Counted from the first letter of the stretch, positions 20,901 through 29,969 are shown. The stretch: DNA of 64,000 nt from an uncultured Atopobium sp. (GCA_964430985.1 CAYSIC010000005.1:19610-83609); one strand, 5' to 3'. Program-made: numbers and translations. The notes: generated from the letters alone by a model not told the origin.

Positions 20901-21509
20901 GAACTCCTGGACGGCGCCCGTATCGAGCATGTCCTTGAGGTCGTCGAAGTCCCAGACGGCGACCTTCTGAATCTCGTGCGAGGTGCGGAAGCCGTCGAAG
21001 AAGTTCACGAACGGCACCTTGCCCTTGATGGCGGCAAGATGGGCGATGGGTGAGAGGTCCATGACCTCCTGGACGTTGCCCTCGGCGAGCATGGCAAAGC
21101 CGGTCTGGCGGCAGGCCATGACGTCGGAATGATCACCAAAGATGTTGAGCGCGTGGGTGGCGACGGTACGCGCACTTACGTGGAAGACTGCGGGCAGGCC
21201 CTCTCCGGCAATCTTGTACATGTTGGGAATCATAAGGAGCAGGCCCTGAGAAGCCGTGTAGGTGCTGGTCAGCGCACCGGCACCAAGAGACCCGTGAACC
21301 GTGCCCGAGGCACCGCCCTCAGACTCCATCTCCACGACCTTGACAGGCGTGCCAAAGACGTTCTTCATGCCCTGGGCCGCCCACTGGTCAACATGATCAG
21401 CCATGGGGCTCGACGGGGTGATCGGGTAGATGCCCGCCACCTCGGTATACGCATACGAGACGTATGCAGCGGCTTCGTTGCCGTCCATGGACTTGAACTT
21501 ACGCGCCAT
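17970..21509 (-). CDS. nifJ: pyruvate:ferredoxin (flavodoxin) oxidoreductase
   Basis: About 1179 aa. PFOR architecture along the full length, including two 4Fe-4S ferredoxin motifs (CIQCNQCSYVCP, CMGCTNCVKICP) and the TPP-binding GGDGWAYDIG. The start at MARKF follows SD AAGGAGAGG. Confidence 0.95.
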   Translation of the reverse strand: MARKFKSMDGNEAAAYVSYAYTEVAGIYPITPSSPMADHVDQWAAQGMKNVFGTPVKVVEMESEGGASGTVHGSLGAGALTSTYTASQGLLLMIPNMYKIAGEGLPAVFHVSARTVATHALNIFGDHSDVMACRQTGFAMLAEGNVQEVMDLSPIAHLAAIKGKVPFVNFFDGFRTSHEIQKVAVWDFDDLKDMLDTGAVQEFRDHALNPEHPHARGSHENGDVFFQHREACNTAYDKLPDVVEEYMNEVNKKLGTDYGLFNYYGAPDADRVVICMGSFCDVLEEVIDYLNAHGEKVGLVKVRLYRPFSIDRFVDALPKTVKKIAVMDRTKEPGSIGEPLYEDVIAALYEAGKTDIKVVGGRYGLGSKDTPPASAFAVYEELKKDEPRREFTVGIVDDVTNLSLPEDPEAPNTADPTTIECKFWGLGGDGTVGANKNSIKIIGDHTDKYVQAYFQYDSKKTGGVTVSHLRFGDSPIRSPYYVSKADFVACHNPSYIVKGFPMVRDVKPGGTFLVNCQWSDEEFADRLPAVAKRYIAKNDIKVYLIDAVDLAAKVGMGKRTNTVLQSAFFSLAKVLPEADAVKYMKDAATKSYMKKGQAIVDSNHKAIDAGATAYRVFEVPADWANATDEKAPVKLEGRAAIVRQVEELLGPINRMDGDSLPVSAFMEHADGQFELGASQYEKRGVTFMVSHWDETKCIQCNQCSYVCPHATIRPIVMNKEEAAAAPENMRTIKAMGKGMEDLTFTIAVSPLDCMGCTNCVKICPKQALSMVPQEDEHDQIPVWDYAVNKVSEKKELINPTNVKGSQFAKPYLEFSGSCAGCAETSYARLITQIFGDRMFISNATGCSSIWGNPAATSPFTVNDQGHGPAWNNSLFEDNAEHGLGLELGYMAVQNKLVADTQNLLESGNASDALATAATAWLEARTNATTSRTAALNYVDELEKSDDPVAKEILANRAFLTKKSFWIFGGDGWAYDIGFGGLDHVLASGNDVNVFVFDTEVYSNTGGQASKASNFGQVAQFASAGKRTGKKSLAEIAMSYGTIYVAQVAMGANPMQTLKAINEAEAFDGPSLIIGYSPCEMHSIKKGGMQNCQPEMKRAVECGYWNLFRFNPDAPKGKKFTLDSKEPAGGYQEFLMNEARYASLTRSFPEQAKELFAENEEAAMNRYAHLKKLVTLYNEE

Positions 21510-21798
21510 ATCCTCTCCTTCTCGTTTCCGTAAACGCTGGGGACCCCCGTGGCCCCAGATCGTTCTCACTCACAAGGAGCATGACTGAGCGTGGGCGCAA
21601 GCGCCCACATATACCGACAGTCTACCCCCGCAAAGGCGGCAGTGGCTCAACTTCTCCTGCTTTTCTAGCGCTCCCACCTTTTTCTCCTCAATCTATCCTT
21701 TTAAAGAAGCGCAGTTAAATACCTCTTTCCTCACTAGGAATTAGCTCTGCAACTTCGGTAGAATACTAGAATCTTTTAAGTGTTCCGAGAGGAGGACC

Positions 21799-22602
21799 AT
21801 GCGAGGCACGCCCCGTCGAGGCGGCTCATCTCACCCCCGGCGCGCAGCCGGCGGGCGCAAGGACAACCGGGTCCCCAAGAAGAGCGGTCGCCAGCACCTA
21901 GTTTTGGGGGGCGTCGGCCTGCTCGTGGTGCTTGCGCTCCTGGCCCTCTTCTTGTCCTGCTCCGGACCAACGGAACAGATTCCCAAGGGTGCGGATACTG
22001 TCGAGGAGACTCCCACGGAGCCCTCCTCCGAGTCTGGAGAATCCTCCGACGACAGACCCAGCAGCACCCTGCAAGACCAATGGCGCCAAGGCGAGATGCC
22101 CTACCTCTACCAAACTGACCCTCAGTGGGCGGACGTCGCGTACTCAAACGGATCCCTCGCGGAACAGGGATGCGGCCCCACCGCGCTCTCCATGGTCTAT
22201 ATCTACCTGACAGGAAAGACAGACCTAGACCCCGGTGCCATGGCAGCGTTCAGCACCGAGAACGGCTATGCGACTGACCAGGACGGAAGCTCCTGGGAAC
22301 TCATGACCGAAGGTGCCCGGAAGTTGGGTCTTGCGAGTGAGGTGTTGGCCGCCGTGCCCAGCCAGCTCGAGGAGAAGCTCGAGACAGGACATCCCCTCAT
22401 CTGCGTCATGAGGCCGGGGACGTTCACGAAGGTTGGCCACTACATCGTGCTGGAGCGGATGGGCCAGGACGAAAAGGTGGTCGTTCACGACTCCAACAGC
22501 GTGGGACGCAGCATGAGAACGTGGGACCTCGATCTTATCTGCGCCGAGGCCAGCAACATCTGGAGCTTTTCTCTCGCCTCGGGCTTAGCCGTAACAAGAT
22601 GA
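21799..22602 (+). CDS. membrane-anchored or lipoprotein C39-like cysteine peptidase domain protein
   Basis: N-terminal TM/lipobox-like segment (LALFLSCSG), a Ser/Pro/Glu-rich linker, and a peptidase_C39-like core with GCGPTALSMV and a downstream GHYIVL. Confidence 0.6.
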   Translation: MRGTPRRGGSSHPRRAAGGRKDNRVPKKSGRQHLVLGGVGLLVVLALLALFLSCSGPTEQIPKGADTVEETPTEPSSESGESSDDRPSSTLQDQWRQGEMPYLYQTDPQWADVAYSNGSLAEQGCGPTALSMVYIYLTGKTDLDPGAMAAFSTENGYATDQDGSSWELMTEGARKLGLASEVLAAVPSQLEEKLETGHPLICVMRPGTFTKVGHYIVLERMGQDEKVVVHDSNSVGRSMRTWDLDLICAEASNIWSFSLASGLAVTR

Positions 22603-22669
22603 AAAGGGCCAGCGCCCGCACGCAGACGCCATAAGCGCCGCAAGTGCCCCGTCGCATGCAGGACGCACG

Positions 22670-23335
22670 TTAGCGCCGCATCGTGGACAGAAGCTTCTCG
22701 TAATCCTCTGCGAAACGCCGCGCACAGGGACCCTGGGCGTCGGTGGCTCCCACGATTCCGTGCTCGTCTGAGACGAGAAATGCCTCGTCGTATGCAATGC
22801 CTCCCTGCAAGAGCGCATCGGGAAGCCCCGCGCGACGGACAACGTCAAGCCCCTCGGCGTTCGCCAGGTCAGACACGAGCGTGGCCGCGCCCGAGGGAAG
22901 ATCGCTCGACTCGATGCCCCAGATGAGCCGCCCCTCCCGCACAAGCCAGAGCGTCTCGGGCGAGACGCTCGTGGAGCGTGCCTCTCGCGCGGCAAGACGG
23001 GCGCGGGAGGCGAGCTTCGCTGCGCTGGCCATCTCCAGGGCCTCGTAGGGCCCCACGCTCATGGCGGCTTGACCATGCTCGTCAACGACAAGCATGAGCA
23101 CGCCATCGGGATGCTCTCCGGAGCCGTCTCTCAAGGTCCCCTCTATGTGCTGCTTGGCCCAAGCGACGAGCCGCGTGGACACCGGCGCCCCGTTGACGGT
23201 GCGCTGGGAAAGGGCGCGAAGGTGGCGGTTCTCCAGGGGAAGCAGGCGATGCGAGAGGCGCCACCGGCAGACTAGGGAGGGACGCCCCAGCGTGAAGCCC
23301 CCCGCGTACATGTTCTCGTCTCTCTCCTCGTGCAT
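22670..23335 (-). CDS. short class-IV aminotransferase / ADC-lyase-like protein
   Basis: The C-terminal half follows the class-IV fold pattern (LWLVREGRLIWG...LPSGAATLVSDLANAEGLDVV...YDEAFLVSDEHGIVG). It is only 221 aa and the start is uncertain. Confidence 0.45.
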   Translation of the reverse strand: MHEERDENMYAGGFTLGRPSLVCRWRLSHRLLPLENRHLRALSQRTVNGAPVSTRLVAWAKQHIEGTLRDGSGEHPDGVLMLVVDEHGQAAMSVGPYEALEMASAAKLASRARLAAREARSTSVSPETLWLVREGRLIWGIESSDLPSGAATLVSDLANAEGLDVVRRAGLPDALLQGGIAYDEAFLVSDEHGIVGATDAQGPCARRFAEDYEKLLSTMRR

Positions 23336-23463
23336 GCGCCCTCCTCCTCAACGACAGAGCCCATTTTATCCGCTGGGCGTCCGCGAGATCTCAGACACAA
23401 TAAATCCCGACCAGCGATGGCGCCGGCCGGGACTGGTTCAGCGGGGCAGAGCCAGGTGGATCC

Positions 23464-25050
23464 CTAGTGCCTGAAGTGCCGCACGCCCGTAAGCACCATA
23501 GCGATGCCATGCTCGTCGCAGGCGGCGATGGACTCGTCGTCGCGCTTAGAGCCGCCCGGCTGGATGATGCAGGTCACGCCATGGGCTGCCAGCACGTCCA
23601 CGTTATCGCGGAACGGGAAGAAGGCATCGGAGGCGCAGGCGTAGCCGCCCCTGTCAATGCTCATGCGCTCACAGGCCTCATCCGCGCGCTGGCAGGCCAG
23701 AAGCGCCGAGTCAACGCGATTGGGCTGACCTGGCCCCATGCCGATGCCCGCCTTATCCTTGGAGACGAGAATGGCGTTGGATTTGACTCCCTTGCAGACG
23801 CGCCAGGCGAAGAGCAGCTCGTCCATCTCGGCCGCGGTGGGCTTGCGCCTGGTGGGGACGGTGAAGGTCGCTGGATCCTCGCTCACGTGGTCGACGGTCT
23901 GAACGAGCATGCCGCCGTCCACGGAACGGTACTCGAGCGAGACCGGCGCGTCAATGCCGCCCGTGGCCAGTACGCGCAGGTTCGTGCGACGCGCCAGGCG
24001 CTCAAGGGCCTCGGTGGTGTAGCTGGGGGCGATGAGCACCTCGACGAACTGCTTGTTCCTATCGGCAAAATGCTCGACGAGGTCGTAGGGGACCTCGCGA
24101 TTGCAGGCGATGATGCCCCCGAAGGCACTCTTGGGGTCGCAGGCGAAGGCGTGGTCATAGGCGGTCGTGATATCATCCGCCACCGCGCTTCCGCAGGGGT
24201 TCTGATGCTTGAGGATCACGCAGGCGGGTCCGTCGAACTCGCGCACGAGATTCCACGCGGCGTCGGTGTCAAGCAGGTTGTTATAGGAGAGCTCCTTGCC
24301 CTGAACCTGTACGGCGTTGACAAGGGAGTGCTCGGGGGCATTGGGGATCGCGTAGAACGCGGCGACCTGCTGGGGGTTCTCTCCGTAGCGCAGGTCTTGG
24401 TGCTTGACCAGGTGCAGGTCCATGGTCTCGGGAGGCTCGCTCGTGGTCTCGACCTGGGTGCCCAGCCACGCTGCAATCGCGGAGTCGTAGGCGGCAGTGG
24501 TGCGATAGACCTTGAGCTGCAGGCGACGACGAGTGGCGAGCGTGGTGGCCCCGTTGTGGGCGCGCATCTCGTCGAGGATCATGTCATAGTCGGCGGGATC
24601 CGTGGCCACGGTCACGGAGTCGGCGTTCTTGGCGGCCGAGCGCAGCATGGAGGGACCGCCGATGTCGATGTGCTCGATTGCATCCGCGAAGCTGACCTCG
24701 GGGTCAGCCACGGTCTTCTCGAACTCGTAGAGGTTCACGCAGACGAGGTCAATCATGCCGATGCCATGCGCGGCTGCCTCGGCCATGTGCTGCGAGGAGT
24801 CGCGGCGAGCAAGAAGCCCCCCGTGGACTTTGGGGTGCAGCGTCTTCACGCGACCATCCATCATCTCGGGAAAGCCCGTGTACTCCTCGATGGGAACGAC
24901 CTTCACCCCCGCGTCCGTCAGAGCTCGCGCCGTGCCGCCCGTCGAGACGATCTCGATGCCGAACTCGTCCTCGAGAGCCCGAGCGAACTCGACCACGCCG
25001 GTCTTGTCGGTCACCGAGATGAGCGCGCGCCTGATAGGTGTGTCTTCCAT
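23464..25050 (-). CDS. purH: bifunctional AICAR transformylase / IMP cyclohydrolase
   Basis: Begins [18 protein letters not shown], the MGS-like domain. Looks like PurH along its full length. SD GGAGG precedes the ATG at 25050. Confidence 0.95.
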   Translation of the reverse strand: MEDTPIRRALISVTDKTGVVEFARALEDEFGIEIVSTGGTARALTDAGVKVVPIEEYTGFPEMMDGRVKTLHPKVHGGLLARRDSSQHMAEAAAHGIGMIDLVCVNLYEFEKTVADPEVSFADAIEHIDIGGPSMLRSAAKNADSVTVATDPADYDMILDEMRAHNGATTLATRRRLQLKVYRTTAAYDSAIAAWLGTQVETTSEPPETMDLHLVKHQDLRYGENPQQVAAFYAIPNAPEHSLVNAVQVQGKELSYNNLLDTDAAWNLVREFDGPACVILKHQNPCGSAVADDITTAYDHAFACDPKSAFGGIIACNREVPYDLVEHFADRNKQFVEVLIAPSYTTEALERLARRTNLRVLATGGIDAPVSLEYRSVDGGMLVQTVDHVSEDPATFTVPTRRKPTAAEMDELLFAWRVCKGVKSNAILVSKDKAGIGMGPGQPNRVDSALLACQRADEACERMSIDRGGYACASDAFFPFRDNVDVLAAHGVTCIIQPGGSKRDDESIAACDEHGIAMVLTGVRHFRH

Positions 25051-25119
25051 GGAGCCTCCTTGGGTAGAGCGACCGCATGTTGTACCGTTGTTTCCACCAT
25101 AACGCAGCCAGGAGAGAAC

Positions 25120-25773
25120 ATGGGTAAGATGCTGGACGGTGTAACCTACCGTCCTTTTAAAACGTCTGACTTCGACAGTGTGGCCAATTTGCTCGGCCGG
25201 CTTTGGTGCTCCGACCTTGTCCCCGAGGCCCGAGAGCTCGCCAGTCGCATCGAGCTCTCGGGCTACCTCGCCCAGACGACCCATGCGCGCGTCGCCGAAC
25301 TCGATGACGAGCTCGTGGGGGCCATGCTCCTGGCCGAGCTCGACCGCGTTCCCAGAGACGCCACCGTATGGCGCAGAAAGCGCAGCAGACTCGTGCACCT
25401 AACGCACGAGAACGCCCATCTTGCGTGCGAGGTCGCAAAGAACTCCGACGTTATCGACGAGGAGAGCCGCCTGGCGGGAGACTTCGCAGCGTCGGGCGCA
25501 GTCGAGGGGGCAGCCGTCATGAAGCTTCTTGCCGTAGACCCCGCGACACATGGGAGGGGAATCGGAGGTCGTCTCTTCGAGGAGGCGCGCCGCCATCTGC
25601 GTGAAGAGGGTGTCGGGGGCTTTTTCCTGCTCACCGACGACGGCTGTGACGTCTCCTTCTATGATCACAAGGGGCTCGCTCGTGCCATGACGCGACCTTC
25701 ACGGGTTGACTCGCCCGCAGGCAGCAACGGCGCGGACGAGTTCAACCTCTATGTCTACGCAGACAGGTTCTAG
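25120..25773 (+). CDS. GNAT-family N-acetyltransferase
   Basis: 217 aa. Acetyl-CoA-binding motif (VDPATHGRGIGGRLFEEA). Divergent from purH. Confidence 0.75.
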   Translation: MGKMLDGVTYRPFKTSDFDSVANLLGRLWCSDLVPEARELASRIELSGYLAQTTHARVAELDDELVGAMLLAELDRVPRDATVWRRKRSRLVHLTHENAHLACEVAKNSDVIDEESRLAGDFAASGAVEGAAVMKLLAVDPATHGRGIGGRLFEEARRHLREEGVGGFFLLTDDGCDVSFYDHKGLARAMTRPSRVDSPAGSNGADEFNLYVYADRF

Positions 25774-25904
25774 CTGCGTAGGCTGGACTTCGACACGCAT
25801 CATACGGAGCTGCTCGTCTCGCGGTCTTGCAGCGCGCGATCACGTCCGCTCCGTGCTACTCTCTGGCGGAATAAAAATGATCCTGAAATGCCTCGGGAGT
25901 CGCG

Positions 25905-26894
25905 ATGACCTCTGCCGGACCCAGCCCTACGAACGTGCGCGGCCGCTTTGCCCCCACGCCGTCCGGACGCATGCACTTGGGGAACGTCTTTTCAGCCCTC
26001 ATGGCCTGGCTCTCCGTACGCTCTGCGGGCGGCACGCTCGTGCTGCGCATCGAGGACCTTGACCCGAGAGCGCGAGATCGCACCGTATCCGCCCAGCTTA
26101 TTGACGACCTCGTCTGGTTGGGGCTCGACTGGGATGAGGGCCCCCTCTTCCAGAGCGAGCGCAAGGGCCTCTATGACAGCGCAATCGCACGTCTCACGGC
26201 GGCGAGCCTTACCTATCCCTGCTTCTGCACGCGCTCCGAGCTACATGCGGCCATGGCTCCCCATGCCTCAGATGGCACCTATCTGTATCAGGGAACCTGC
26301 CGCAACCTCTCCGCTTCCGAGGTCTCCCGCCGCTCGAGCCTGCGCGCTCCCGCGACGCGGCTGCGCGTTCCCCCCGCGGAGGACCCCGCCGGAACCATCA
26401 CCTGGTCCGACCTCGTCTTCGGCCCCCAACGAGAGGTACTGGCGCGCGAGTGCGGCGACTTCCTCGTGCGCAGGAGCGACGGGGTAACGGCCTACCAGCT
26501 CGCCGTGGTCGTGGACGACGCCCTCATGGGCGTAAATCAGGTCGTACGCGGGCGCGACCTGCTGGAGTCCTCGGCACGCCAAATCTACCTCGCACGACTC
26601 CTCGGCTTCCACGAGCCCCAATACGGACACGTACCCCTGCTCGTGACCCCCGACGGACACCGTCTCTCCAAGCGCGAGCGTGATCTTGACCTTGGGAGCC
26701 TACGTGCGCGGGGCGTGCGCGCGGGGCGGGTCGTGGGAGAGCTCGCGGCCGCGGCCGGCCTGATCGACTGCGGATGCGAGGTCGCTCCCTCCGAGCTCGT
26801 AGGCTCCTTCACGTGGGGCAAACTCGCCGCCCGACGAGATGCTATTGTGGTGGACGAGAGATTTCTCCGCCACCTTGCGCCCCTGGCCGAATAA
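25905..26894 (+). CDS. gluQ: glutamyl-Q tRNA(Asp) synthetase (truncated GluRS paralog)
   Basis: RFAPTPSGRMHLGN (HIGH-type motif), RIEDLD and LSKR (KMSKS-type). At 329 aa it has no anticodon-binding domain. Confidence 0.85.
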   Translation: MTSAGPSPTNVRGRFAPTPSGRMHLGNVFSALMAWLSVRSAGGTLVLRIEDLDPRARDRTVSAQLIDDLVWLGLDWDEGPLFQSERKGLYDSAIARLTAASLTYPCFCTRSELHAAMAPHASDGTYLYQGTCRNLSASEVSRRSSLRAPATRLRVPPAEDPAGTITWSDLVFGPQREVLARECGDFLVRRSDGVTAYQLAVVVDDALMGVNQVVRGRDLLESSARQIYLARLLGFHEPQYGHVPLLVTPDGHRLSKRERDLDLGSLRARGVRAGRVVGELAAAAGLIDCGCEVAPSELVGSFTWGKLAARRDAIVVDERFLRHLAPLAE

Positions 26895-26922
26895 GATTTT
26901 CTTGCTCGAGCAAATCGCGGTG

Positions 26923-26952
26923 TTGTGAACGAGAGCAGTTGTGGGGTATCAT
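26923..26952 (+). promoter_or_regulatory. candidate promoter of tRNA-Ser
   Basis: TTGTGA - 18 nt - TATCAT, ending 17 nt before the tRNA 5' end. Confidence 0.4.
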
Positions 26953-26968
26953 GCTTGAGCACCAGTTC

Positions 26969-27059
26969 GGAGAGCTGACCGAGTGGCCGAAGGTGCTCGC
27001 CTGCTAAGCGAGTATAGGACCAAATCCTATCTGGGGTTCGAATCCCCAGCTCTCCGCCA
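26969..27059 (+). tRNA. tRNA-Ser(GCU)
   Basis: Manual cloverleaf. Acceptor GGAGAGC/GCTCTCC, anticodon stem CTCGC/GCGAG with loop CTGCTAA, long variable arm, T-arm TGGGG-TTCGAAT-CCCCA, encoded CCA. Confidence 0.9.
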
Positions 27060-27070
27060 GAATGTTCGGG

Positions 27071-27101
27071 CCCGTCCCCACAATGGGGGCGGGTCTTTTT
27101 T
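27071..27101 (+). terminator. tRNA-Ser terminator
   Basis: 9-bp GC stem cccgtcccc / gggggcggg followed by T6. Confidence 0.7.
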
Positions 27102-27152
27102 ATGCGAAGACCCCCGAGTGTCCACACAACTTTGCCTTTTTCTTTTTTTGCC

Positions 27153-27181
27153 TTGACGTAGAGGGGAAGCCGTGGCATTAT
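27153..27181 (+). promoter_or_regulatory. candidate promoter of tRNA-Arg(ACG)
   Basis: TTGACG - 17 nt - CATTAT, ending 12 nt before the tRNA 5' end. Confidence 0.5.
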
Positions 27182-27193
27182 TCTTGACTGCAC

Positions 27194-27270
27194 GCGGCGT
27201 TACCTCAGCTGGATAGAGGACCTGACTACGAATCAGGGCGTCATAGGTTCGAATCCTATACGCCGCACCA
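27194..27270 (+). tRNA. tRNA-Arg(ACG)
   Basis: Acceptor GCGGCGT/ACGCCGC, anticodon loop CTACGAA, T-arm ATAGG-TTCGAAT-CCTAT, CCA encoded. Confidence 0.9.
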
Positions 27271-27279
27271 TGCGCGCAC

Positions 27280-27311
27280 GAGGGGCTCCCCGGGGAGCCC
27301 CTCTTTTTTTT
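27280..27311 (+). terminator. tRNA-Arg terminator
   Basis: Stem gaggggctcc / ggagcccctc followed by T8. Confidence 0.8.
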
Positions 27312-27340
27312 ACATCGTTACGTTCAACCCACCCATATTT

Positions 27341-28051
27341 CTATAGCTCATAGGAATCGACTCCCGCAGCCTCCATGCGCGCCCTGAGCTCCTCGATGAT
27401 GGGAACGCCCGCGCTGCACCCGATGCGCTCGGCGCCAGCACGGACCATGTCCAGGAAGGTATCGGCCGTACGGATGCCGCCAGCTGCCTTGACCTTCACG
27501 CGCGCATCGACATGCGCGCGCATGAGTCTCACGTCCTCGACGGTGGCCCCGCCAGTCGAGAAGCCCGTGGAGGTCTTGATGAAGGTAGGTAGGACCTTGC
27601 TCGCGACCTCGCACATTCTGATCTTCTGGTCCTGCGTAAGCAGGCAGTTCTCGAAGATGACCTTGGACGGGACGCCGGCCGAACGGCAGACGGATACGAT
27701 CTGCCCCATCTCGTCACAAACATATTCCCAGTTGCCCGCCTTGACCTCGGTCAGATTGACTACGTAGTCAATCTCGTTCGCGCCATTGGCGAGGGCGTCA
27801 TTGGTCTCGAAAACCTTGGCTGCAATCGAAGTCTGCCCAAGAGGAAATCCGATGGCCGCCCCCGTATGGACATCCGTTCCCGCCAAGATCTCCGAGCAAA
27901 GCCGTGACTGGACGGAGTTCACCGCAACCATCCTAAAGTGATAGCGCCTTGCCTGATCACAGAGCGTCCTCAGGTCCTCGCGCGTGGCATCGGGCCTAAG
28001 ATTAGTGTGATCGACGAGACGGGCAAGGTCATCGATGGTGTAGCGTCTCAT
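27341..28051 (-). CDS. deoC: deoxyribose-phosphate aldolase
   Basis: VDHTNLRP, the Schiff-base Lys context FIKTSTGF, and VKAAGGIR. The ATG at 28051 follows SD AAGGGAG. Confidence 0.9.
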   Translation of the reverse strand: MRRYTIDDLARLVDHTNLRPDATREDLRTLCDQARRYHFRMVAVNSVQSRLCSEILAGTDVHTGAAIGFPLGQTSIAAKVFETNDALANGANEIDYVVNLTEVKAGNWEYVCDEMGQIVSVCRSAGVPSKVIFENCLLTQDQKIRMCEVASKVLPTFIKTSTGFSTGGATVEDVRLMRAHVDARVKVKAAGGIRTADTFLDMVRAGAERIGCSAGVPIIEELRARMEAAGVDSYEL

Positions 28052-28080
28052 GGCAATCTCCCTTGAATCTCGCAGGCAGC

Positions 28081-28467
28081 TCAATGGTGTGCGACGCGCC
28101 GATCGCCGGATCGCGCGGGCCTAAACTGCAGGCCGCTTCGATCCCCCATCCCCATGAAGGTGTAGGGAATGCCCGCGTTGTCGCAAAGGTCCATCAAATC
28201 AGCAAGGTCATGGCGCTCATGGGTGAGAAGGCTCCAGAGGGATCCCTCCCCTCCAGAAAATCCAATTCGCTCAATCAGGGCGTCAAGCGCGGTTGGTTCC
28301 AGAAAGACCTTCAGGCTACGCTCCTTGTCCCCGTAGGCGATGAGGGCGGAGGGGCCCGAGAGGTCCTCCCGTATCACGATACCGTCTCCCTCACGCGCCA
28401 CCGACATTCTGCGCACGTCGCCGGCTCGCTCGAAACGCGCGACCTCAAACTCCCCCATGAGAATCAC
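28081..28467 (-). CDS. hypothetical soluble protein (128 aa), candidate SOS-regulated
   Basis: GTG start 5 nt after AAGGG. I recognise no family. The promoter carries LexA-type boxes. deoC lies immediately downstream. Confidence 0.5.
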   Translation of the reverse strand: MILMGEFEVARFERAGDVRRMSVAREGDGIVIREDLSGPSALIAYGDKERSLKVFLEPTALDALIERIGFSGGEGSLWSLLTHERHDLADLMDLCDNAGIPYTFMGMGDRSGLQFRPARSGDRRVAHH

Positions 28468-28508
28468 CTAGACCCTTCTTCTCGCCATCCCTTTCCCCTA
28501 GTATACAC

Positions 28509-28535
28509 AAACATACGTTCTAGGAACACATGTTC
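28509..28535 (-). promoter_or_regulatory. tandem LexA-type (Cheo/SOS) boxes
   Basis: gaacacatgttc (perfect GAAC-N4-GTTC, 28524-28535) and aaacatacgttc (11 of 12, 28509-28520) lie immediately upstream of a TATACT -10 hexamer (28500-28505, minus strand). Confidence 0.45.
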
Positions 28536-28587
28536 TTTTCTAGGGAAGGAACCTTGGCAGCCCCGAGAAAAGACGAGGTCCTCCCGT

Positions 28588-29871
28588 CTATGCAGGCCTG
28601 ATGACCTCAACACCGCCCATGTAGGGACGCAGGGCCTCGGGGACCGTAACCGTTCCGTCCGAGTTCTGGTAGTTCTCGATGATGGCCGCCATGGTGCGAC
28701 CCACGGCCAAACCGGAGCCGTTCAGGGTGTGCACGAAGCGCGTCCCCTTGAACTCGGAGGGATCCCGGTAGCGAATATTGGCGCGACGCGCCTGGAAGTC
28801 CCAGCAGTTAGAGCAGGAGGAAATCTCCTTGTAGTCGTTGTAGCTGGGAAGCCACACCTCAAGGTCATAGCACTTGCGCGCCGAGAAGCCGATGTCTCCG
28901 GTGCACAGCGTCACCACATGATAAGGAAGGCCCAGCGTCTGAAGAACCAGCTCGGCCTCGGCCACCATGCTCTCGAGCTGATTCATGGAGTCCTCGGGCT
29001 TGGAGAACTTGACCATCTCGACCTTGTCGAACTCGTGCACGCGGATGATGCCGCGCGTGTCACGCCCCGCCGAGCCTGCCTCCTTGCGGAAGCACGGCGT
29101 GAAGGCGGTGTACCACAGGGGGAGCTGCGCGGCGTCGAGCACCTCGTCGCGGTGAATGTTGGTCAGCATGACCTCGGCAGTGGGAATGAGGTAGAGGTCG
29201 GGGTCCACGTGATAGAGGTCATCCTCGAACTTGGGCAGCTGCCCCGTGCCAAAGAGGGTGTCGTGGTTGGCGATGACGGGAGGCCACCACTCCTTGAAGC
29301 CAGCCTTGGCGTGCAGGTCGATCATGAAGTTGATAAGGGCGCGCTCCATGCGAGCGCCCAGGCCGCCTAAAAGGTAGAAGCGAGTGCCCACGAGCTTGAC
29401 GCCGCGATCGAAATCAATGATGCCCAGCTCGGGTCCAAGATCCCAATGCGCCTGAGGCTCGAAGTCGAACTCGCGCGGCGTCCCCCAGCGGCGGACCTCG
29501 GGATTGTCGGAATCATCCTTGCCGTAGGGCACGGTCGAGTCGGGGATGTTGGGGATGCGACTGACCAGGTCAAAGAGATCGGCCTCGACCTCGCTACGGC
29601 GGGTGTCGAGCTCGGCAATACGCTCCTTGCTGGCCGCGACCCGCGTCTTGGCGGCCTCGGCCTCGTCCCTCTTGCCCTCGCGCATAAGCTCGCCGATCTT
29701 CTTGGATGCGGCGTTGCGCTCGGCCTGGAGGCCCTCGACCTCGGAGATGACGCGGCGACGCTCTTCATCGAGCTCGAAGAACCGCCCGCGATCCCAGTGC
29801 GCGTTCTGACGAGACGAGCACGACTGGTCCACGAGATCAGGGTTCTCACGAACGAACTTGATGTCGAGCAT
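28588..29871 (-). CDS. serS: seryl-tRNA synthetase
   Basis: Begins MLDIKFVRENPDLV. Coiled-coil N-arm plus class-II core motifs (FRKEAGSAGRDTRGIIRVHEF, GSGLAVGRT). Confidence 0.95.
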   Translation of the reverse strand: MLDIKFVRENPDLVDQSCSSRQNAHWDRGRFFELDEERRRVISEVEGLQAERNAASKKIGELMREGKRDEAEAAKTRVAASKERIAELDTRRSEVEADLFDLVSRIPNIPDSTVPYGKDDSDNPEVRRWGTPREFDFEPQAHWDLGPELGIIDFDRGVKLVGTRFYLLGGLGARMERALINFMIDLHAKAGFKEWWPPVIANHDTLFGTGQLPKFEDDLYHVDPDLYLIPTAEVMLTNIHRDEVLDAAQLPLWYTAFTPCFRKEAGSAGRDTRGIIRVHEFDKVEMVKFSKPEDSMNQLESMVAEAELVLQTLGLPYHVVTLCTGDIGFSARKCYDLEVWLPSYNDYKEISSCSNCWDFQARRANIRYRDPSEFKGTRFVHTLNGSGLAVGRTMAAIIENYQNSDGTVTVPEALRPYMGGVEVIRPA

Positions 29872-29969
29872 GGTGGCTCTCCGTTCCTGCTTGTTTGCTG
29901 TCCTTGCGGTCGTAAGGCGTCCCAAGTATATACTTGTGTCCATGAAACGCGACGCGCTCGGGAGGCGGC

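Noticed and set aside
17937-21053. 1038-aa ORF on the plus strand, antisense to the PFOR gene. Similar long shadow ORFs occur at 526..1578(-), 5057..6226(+), 23467..25119(+), 28063..29370(+), 42213..44162(+), 45716..47263(+), 49062..50336(+) and 58599..60266(+).
   Set aside because: These are typical high-G+C antisense open frames. Their translations are Arg/Gly/Ala/Val/Leu-rich with no recognisable motifs, and each lies entirely opposite a gene with unambiguous family signatures.
29872-29969. T-box leader upstream of serS.
   Set aside because: Only about 60 nt separate the TATACT -10 (inside the palindrome CAAGTATATACTTG at 29925-29938) from the start codon. That is far too short for a T-box, and no T-box sequence (AGGGUGGNACCGCG) is present.
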